DNA from: Longimicrobiales bacterium
Lineage (GTDB): Bacteria > Gemmatimonadota > Gemmatimonadetes > Longimicrobiales > Gaopeijiaceae
Reading direction: 5' to 3'
DNA length: 64,000 nucleotides
Assembly (NCBI GenBank): GCA_965248195.1
Contig: CBDFIQ010000001.1
Span: 320,001-384,000 of the forward strand
Shown piece by piece: positions 60,447-64,000 of the stretch. The notes beneath the pieces were generated by a model. The model did not search any database and was not told where the DNA came from. It worked only from the letters and a program-made list of their open reading frames with translations. Made by a program: the position numbers and the translations under genes. Numbering within the stretch: position 1 is the stretch's first letter; the number at the start of each line of letters is the position of its first letter.

Positions 60447-61157
60447 GTGCCGTTCAACGTACTCCTCCTTCCCCTCCTCGGGGGATACGTCTTTATTTCA
60501 CACTGGAACAAGACGCGGTTCGGTGCCCGGAGGTACACGGGCCAACGGCTGATCCTCCACTCGGCCCTCGCAGGTGTCTGTTTGTTCCTGGTCTCTTTCT
60601 TGATTACAAAGTTCGGTGCTATCTGCTTTCCTGAACTTCTCTCTTGGTGGCGTGCGTATGTTTCCCGTGAATCGTTTGCGGGGACGTCGTTTCTCGCATT
60701 TCTAATAGGGTCGGTGGGATGGAAGCCGATAAACTGGTTCTTTGACAGAAATATCGAGTCTTTGCGGGCAGTTAAGGAGTCGGGGGATTTTCTTGAGGAA
60801 CTCCTAGAGCACTCCAAAACAGAGACCAAGCAGGTGTCCGTCACGCTGAGGTCCGGCAAGATCTATGTGGGGTTCGTGACGGGTTCCTTTGACCCCGCCT
60901 TCGATCGAAAATATGTGAGCCTCTTTACCACGCTGAGTGGCTACCGTGAGTCGACGACCCAGCAGATGAAGATCTCTCACAACTATGCTATCACGTGGAC
61001 GGAGGAGCTGGAGGCGGAGGAGCTGGACGAGAGGTTTCAGTTGGTCATCCCGGTATCCGAGATCGTTTCCGCGAACCTCTTTGAGCCAGAGATCTACATG
61101 CAATTCCAGAGATCCACGCTCGACCAGTTAAGAATCGATACACGCATTACCGACTAG
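60447..61157 (+). CDS. Unknown membrane protein (about 3 TM plus soluble beta-rich C-domain)
   Basis: Hydrophobic N-half; VTLRSGKIYVG..SGYR..VIP.SEI.SA C-domain; starts 3 nt after the small ORF. Confidence 0.8.
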   Translation: MPFNVLLLPLLGGYVFISHWNKTRFGARRYTGQRLILHSALAGVCLFLVSFLITKFGAICFPELLSWWRAYVSRESFAGTSFLAFLIGSVGWKPINWFFDRNIESLRAVKESGDFLEELLEHSKTETKQVSVTLRSGKIYVGFVTGSFDPAFDRKYVSLFTTLSGYRESTTQQMKISHNYAITWTEELEAEELDERFQLVIPVSEIVSANLFEPEIYMQFQRSTLDQLRIDTRITD

Positions 61158-61781
61158 CGATCACATACCCAGCCGCGAACACCGCAGCGTACTTGAGGAC
61201 ACCGACCATCGGGTCGGACCAGCTGCCTTGGCTCTGAGTGCACTGGACCGCTCGGCTCGAAGCGGGGCCCACGGCCGGTGTTAGCCTTCGCGTCCGAGGG
61301 CAAGGTTCATACGGTCGTCGTGGCTGCCGTTTCGCATCACGCGAGGCGGTTAGGTGGTGGCCGGTGCTTCTTTGCTTCTCAACGGTTGCGGCCACGTTTC
61401 TTGGGGGGTCGCCACGTATCGACACAGAACTTGTCATCGTCCCGCTGCTCTAACAGACTGTTCACTCCCCTTTTGGGAAACGTTCGGGTGGCTCAGTGGC
61501 CGGCTTAGGGGGGCGTTAGAATTCAAACTGTACCACTACCGAACGGACCGTGAAGGCTCGCGGGAGATTCAAGAGACTTACCGCGGAATCGACCGTGACG
61601 TCATATTCTGTCCCCTCCGCGACACATCATTTTGGGGATCACACGGTCGCTTGAGTCTTCGCGGCGATTCTAGTCCCAGCCCACCATCCCCCCGCCCACC
61701 CAACCCCCGATATTTCGCGCGAAATCTTTGAACCGCCTGCAGGAGATGATCGTGGGGTTGGTCTTATGGGATCCGGAGTGT

Positions 61782-62459
61782 TCACAGCTTCGAGATAAAC
61801 ACCCCAGCCGCGACCCCTGTACCGAGCCCCCTCACGAAACTTCCGATGTGCCCGAAGATCCCACGAGGCAGCGCGTCCCGGAGGAACCCGATCTCCTCTT
61901 CGTAGAGTCGGTTCGACTCAAGGGCTAGGGCTTTCTCAGCTCGCTCACTCGCCAGGTTCCGCTCCAGCAGGACGACCGCGAACGAGTCTGCTTGATGGAG
62001 CGCTGCGGCGCCCCGGAGCTGGGCCCGGAACGCGTCCCGGACGCTCCCCTCGGCGGCCTGCTCCTCCTTGTGCTGCGCTTGGGCAGTCTCCACGAGTGGA
62101 CGGAGCTCGGGCCGGACGACGGCGTAGAGGCTATCGTGGGTCGCGTCGAGGTCTGTGCCGGCCTCTGCGGCGCGCTCGGAGGCGTCAGCCTCGTCTCGCT
62201 CGCCCTGTGCGATCGTGTCCCGGGCCTGAGCGCGCTCGATCCTGAGCGAGTCTTTCACCTGCTCCAGCCAAAGCGAATCCGCGCGAGTGCGCATATGCGC
62301 ATCTTCGAGCAGCTCCTGGAGTTGCGCCTGCTCTTCGGCCCGGTCGTCTGCGAGTGCCGTGGCCACAGCGAGATCGGACAGTGCCCCGTAGAGCCACCAG
62401 CCGAGGACGCCGAGCGCCACGATCAGCACGATCTCGCCCGGCAGGCGAAAGCCCCTCAT
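61782..62459 (-). CDS. Spanin-like/coiled-coil membrane protein at the end of the lysis cassette
   Basis: N-terminal TM, long coiled coil, hydrophobic C-terminus. Confidence 0.6.
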   Translation of the reverse strand: MRGFRLPGEIVLIVALGVLGWWLYGALSDLAVATALADDRAEEQAQLQELLEDAHMRTRADSLWLEQVKDSLRIERAQARDTIAQGERDEADASERAAEAGTDLDATHDSLYAVVRPELRPLVETAQAQHKEEQAAEGSVRDAFRAQLRGAAALHQADSFAVVLLERNLASERAEKALALESNRLYEEEIGFLRDALPRGIFGHIGSFVRGLGTGVAAGVFISKL

Positions 62460-63010
62460 CGTGGCACCACCGGAAAGATGGTCCTGATCTCGCACTCCGC
62501 GAAGTGGGGGTCCTCATGGGAGCCGCCGCCCTTGAGATCGTGGATCGATTCGTGCGAGACCACTTCAGGGCTATTCACTGCGCGCCGGTCCAACATGATC
62601 TCGCGTGGTGGAGGAGCGGACCACCCGCCGAACTTTCTCTCGAGCGCATGGAGATCGAGCAAGAAGTCGACGACGTACCAGCGGATCGCGAAGAAATCTC
62701 CGCGGAGTCCCGTGCACTCTTCGGCAAGCGAGTAGATGTAGGCGTGCATCGTGGTCGGGTAGAACTCGATCTTGTTCCAGAAGCGTATCTCGGTCCAGCC
62801 CGTCTCTGTAGACGCTGACGGAGGCGCTACTGCCGCGAGGGACGGCGGAGCGGATCGCGTGGCGCAGCCGGCGAGAACTATGCTTGCGGCCAACACGAAG
62901 GCCGGCGCCCTGCGGTCGTCTCTCCAGAGCAGAACGCAGAGTACGGTGCCCAAGGTCACACAGACCGCCACGAACGCGGCCACGACGGTTTGGAGGGCGG
63001 AGCGGATCAT
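62456..63010 (-). CDS. Membrane/lipoprotein with HExxH motif in the lysis cassette
   Basis: TM, LAGC lipobox-like motif and SHESIHD; ATGA coupling. Confidence 0.6.
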   Translation of the reverse strand: MIRSALQTVVAAFVAVCVTLGTVLCVLLWRDDRRAPAFVLAASIVLAGCATRSAPPSLAAVAPPSASTETGWTEIRFWNKIEFYPTTMHAYIYSLAEECTGLRGDFFAIRWYVVDFLLDLHALERKFGGWSAPPPREIMLDRRAVNSPEVVSHESIHDLKGGGSHEDPHFAECEIRTIFPVVPR

Positions 63011-63522
63011 GACGCTGTCTGTCTCCGGAGGTAATTGACGCGGGACAGCCACCCGAGCAGGAACTTGCGGGACGCCGTGCGCCGGCGCGTGATCGCCTCG
63101 TAGAATGCCAGCCGCGCCCAGAGCATCCGGTTTACGAGTTCGTCCGGCTGTGCGGCACGCACGGCGCCGAGCGTCATGGGTCCGATCTTGCCGTCGTCAG
63201 CAACCCTCGCGGCCCGCTGTAGCAGCTTCGCGGCGTTCCTTAGCCCGTGGTTCACGCACGCGTCGAAGTGAGCCCCAGACGCGGGCCAGGGCAGCGCATC
63301 GCACTTTCCGGCGACCCAGTATCGCTCGTGGTATATCGCATCCACATCGGCGTCCGAGATCCCGCGTACGTCCTTCTGGGGCAAGCCCTTCGACTTCCGC
63401 CATGCGTCATACGTCTTGTGGGTGATCCCCTTGTTCGTGGCACCGCCAGGATCGTCGGGGTCGTTGACGTAACCGCCCTCGAAGCGGAGCGTGACCGGGA
63501 GCGCCTGGAGGAAGCCGCTCAT
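63007..63522 (-). CDS. Endolysin, glycoside hydrolase family 108 with PG-binding tail
   Basis: EGGYVNDPDDPGGATNKGIT, DGKIGPMTL and FLLGWLSR. Confidence 0.93.
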   Translation of the reverse strand: MSGFLQALPVTLRFEGGYVNDPDDPGGATNKGITHKTYDAWRKSKGLPQKDVRGISDADVDAIYHERYWVAGKCDALPWPASGAHFDACVNHGLRNAAKLLQRAARVADDGKIGPMTLGAVRAAQPDELVNRMLWARLAFYEAITRRRTASRKFLLGWLSRVNYLRRQTAS

Positions 63523-63767
63523 AGATCGAAGTCCGCACGACCCGAAGGGAGGTCCATCGGCTCGGTTCCCCGGTACGTACTCACGATGCTCTTCCCACCG
63601 GCGACCGTGATCCACGGGGCTGTGATCGAGATGAACGGAACGGGATCATCGAAGTAGATCGCGAGGGCGGCCGACAGCAGAACCACCCAGGGCGTCACCT
63701 TCCAGAACCGGGAGTTGCGGACCCAGCCGTTCACTTGTCGGCGCCTCCGTTTCCCCCGCCCAACCAC
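63519..63767 (-). CDS. Putative holin
   Basis: Small 2-TM protein directly upstream of the endolysin; start uncertain. Confidence 0.55.
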   Translation of the reverse strand: MVGRGKRRRRQVNGWVRNSRFWKVTPWVVLLSAALAIYFDDPVPFISITAPWITVAGGKSIVSTYRGTEPMDLPSGRADFDL

Positions 63768-64000
63768 GGCACGGACTTGAATCGGAGCTTGGCGGACTTC
63801 ACGAAGAACTGCGCGTTACGCTGGAACGAGACCGCTTCCTCCCAGAACATCCCGACGGTGGCCGTCATCACCAGCTTCCCCGCCGGATCCCATCCGATGA
63901 TCTCGAAGGTCATGCCCTCGATGAATGCCGCCATGATCACGACCAAGAAGATCACCAGGAGCTTCAGGACCCCGTTGCGCGCCTGCCTCGATCGCAGCGA
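63731..64000 (-). CDS. Membrane protein, 5' end beyond the window (holin-like?)
   Basis: Hydrophobic ORF open toward the window edge. Confidence 0.5.
   Translation of the reverse strand, partial: SLRSRQARNGVLKLLVIFLVVIMAAFIEGMTFEIIGWDPAGKLVMTATVGMFWEEAVSFQRNAQFFVKSAKLRFKSVPWLGGGNGGADK

Larger units (their letters stand above)
38092..64000. mobile_element. Temperate prophage (left part; continues past the window end)
   Basis: int, xis, RecE/RecT-like genes, cro/cI, holin/GH108 endolysin/spanin-like cassette. Confidence 0.92.

Noticed and set aside
61147..61780. Gene or ncRNA between the cargo and lysis cassette (palindrome ATTTCGCGCGAAAT; tail MVGVLKYAAVFAAGYVIASR)
   Set aside because: Possibly a relic of an alternative spanin-like 3' end, but no convincing ORF or structure
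1..64000. CRISPR array, integron attC array, DGR or retron
   Set aside because: No regularly spaced repeats, cas genes, integron integrase or reverse transcriptase motifs seen

Overview
GC-rich bacterial chromosome window; the gene mix (DUF1592/DUF1552, ankyrin, NHL, PQQ enzymes, S9 peptidase) suggests Gemmatimonadota/Acidobacteriota, but this is inference only. Bases 1-~38,090 are host genes: exported enzymes, a nucleoside-salvage operon, a cytochrome-c DUF1592-DUF1552-ankyrin-NHL operon, a lipid-modification trio and one IS256. The ORF track cuts two host genes short at in-frame TGA codons that sit at catalytic-Cys positions: a tandem rhodanese (YUGGGARA) and an AhpD/CMD-like peroxidase (NECFYU). 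Both TGAs are followed by the same hairpin layout (10-nt spacer, 6-bp stem, CGGGW loop), so both are probably selenoproteins. From ~38,092 to beyond the window end lies a temperate prophage. Its likely att core (GTAGAA-N7-TTCTAC) overlaps the N-E-C-F-Y codons directly before the Sec codon, so integration removed the 5' part of the AhpD selenoprotein gene. The prophage carries integrase/excisionase, RecE/RecT-like genes, an HNH-AP2 endonuclease, an initiator-type tRNA(CAU), a cro/cI switch with 17-bp operators and a GH108 lysis cassette. Between cI and lysis is a repeat-punctuated accessory/defence hotspot with two HEPN proteins, lipoproteins, a MuF C-terminal relic, HigBA, a fused CapRel-like toxSAS and an unknown two-gene module. 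Three of these modules are split by IS3-family insertions. All family calls come from motif recognition by eye; no searches were run.
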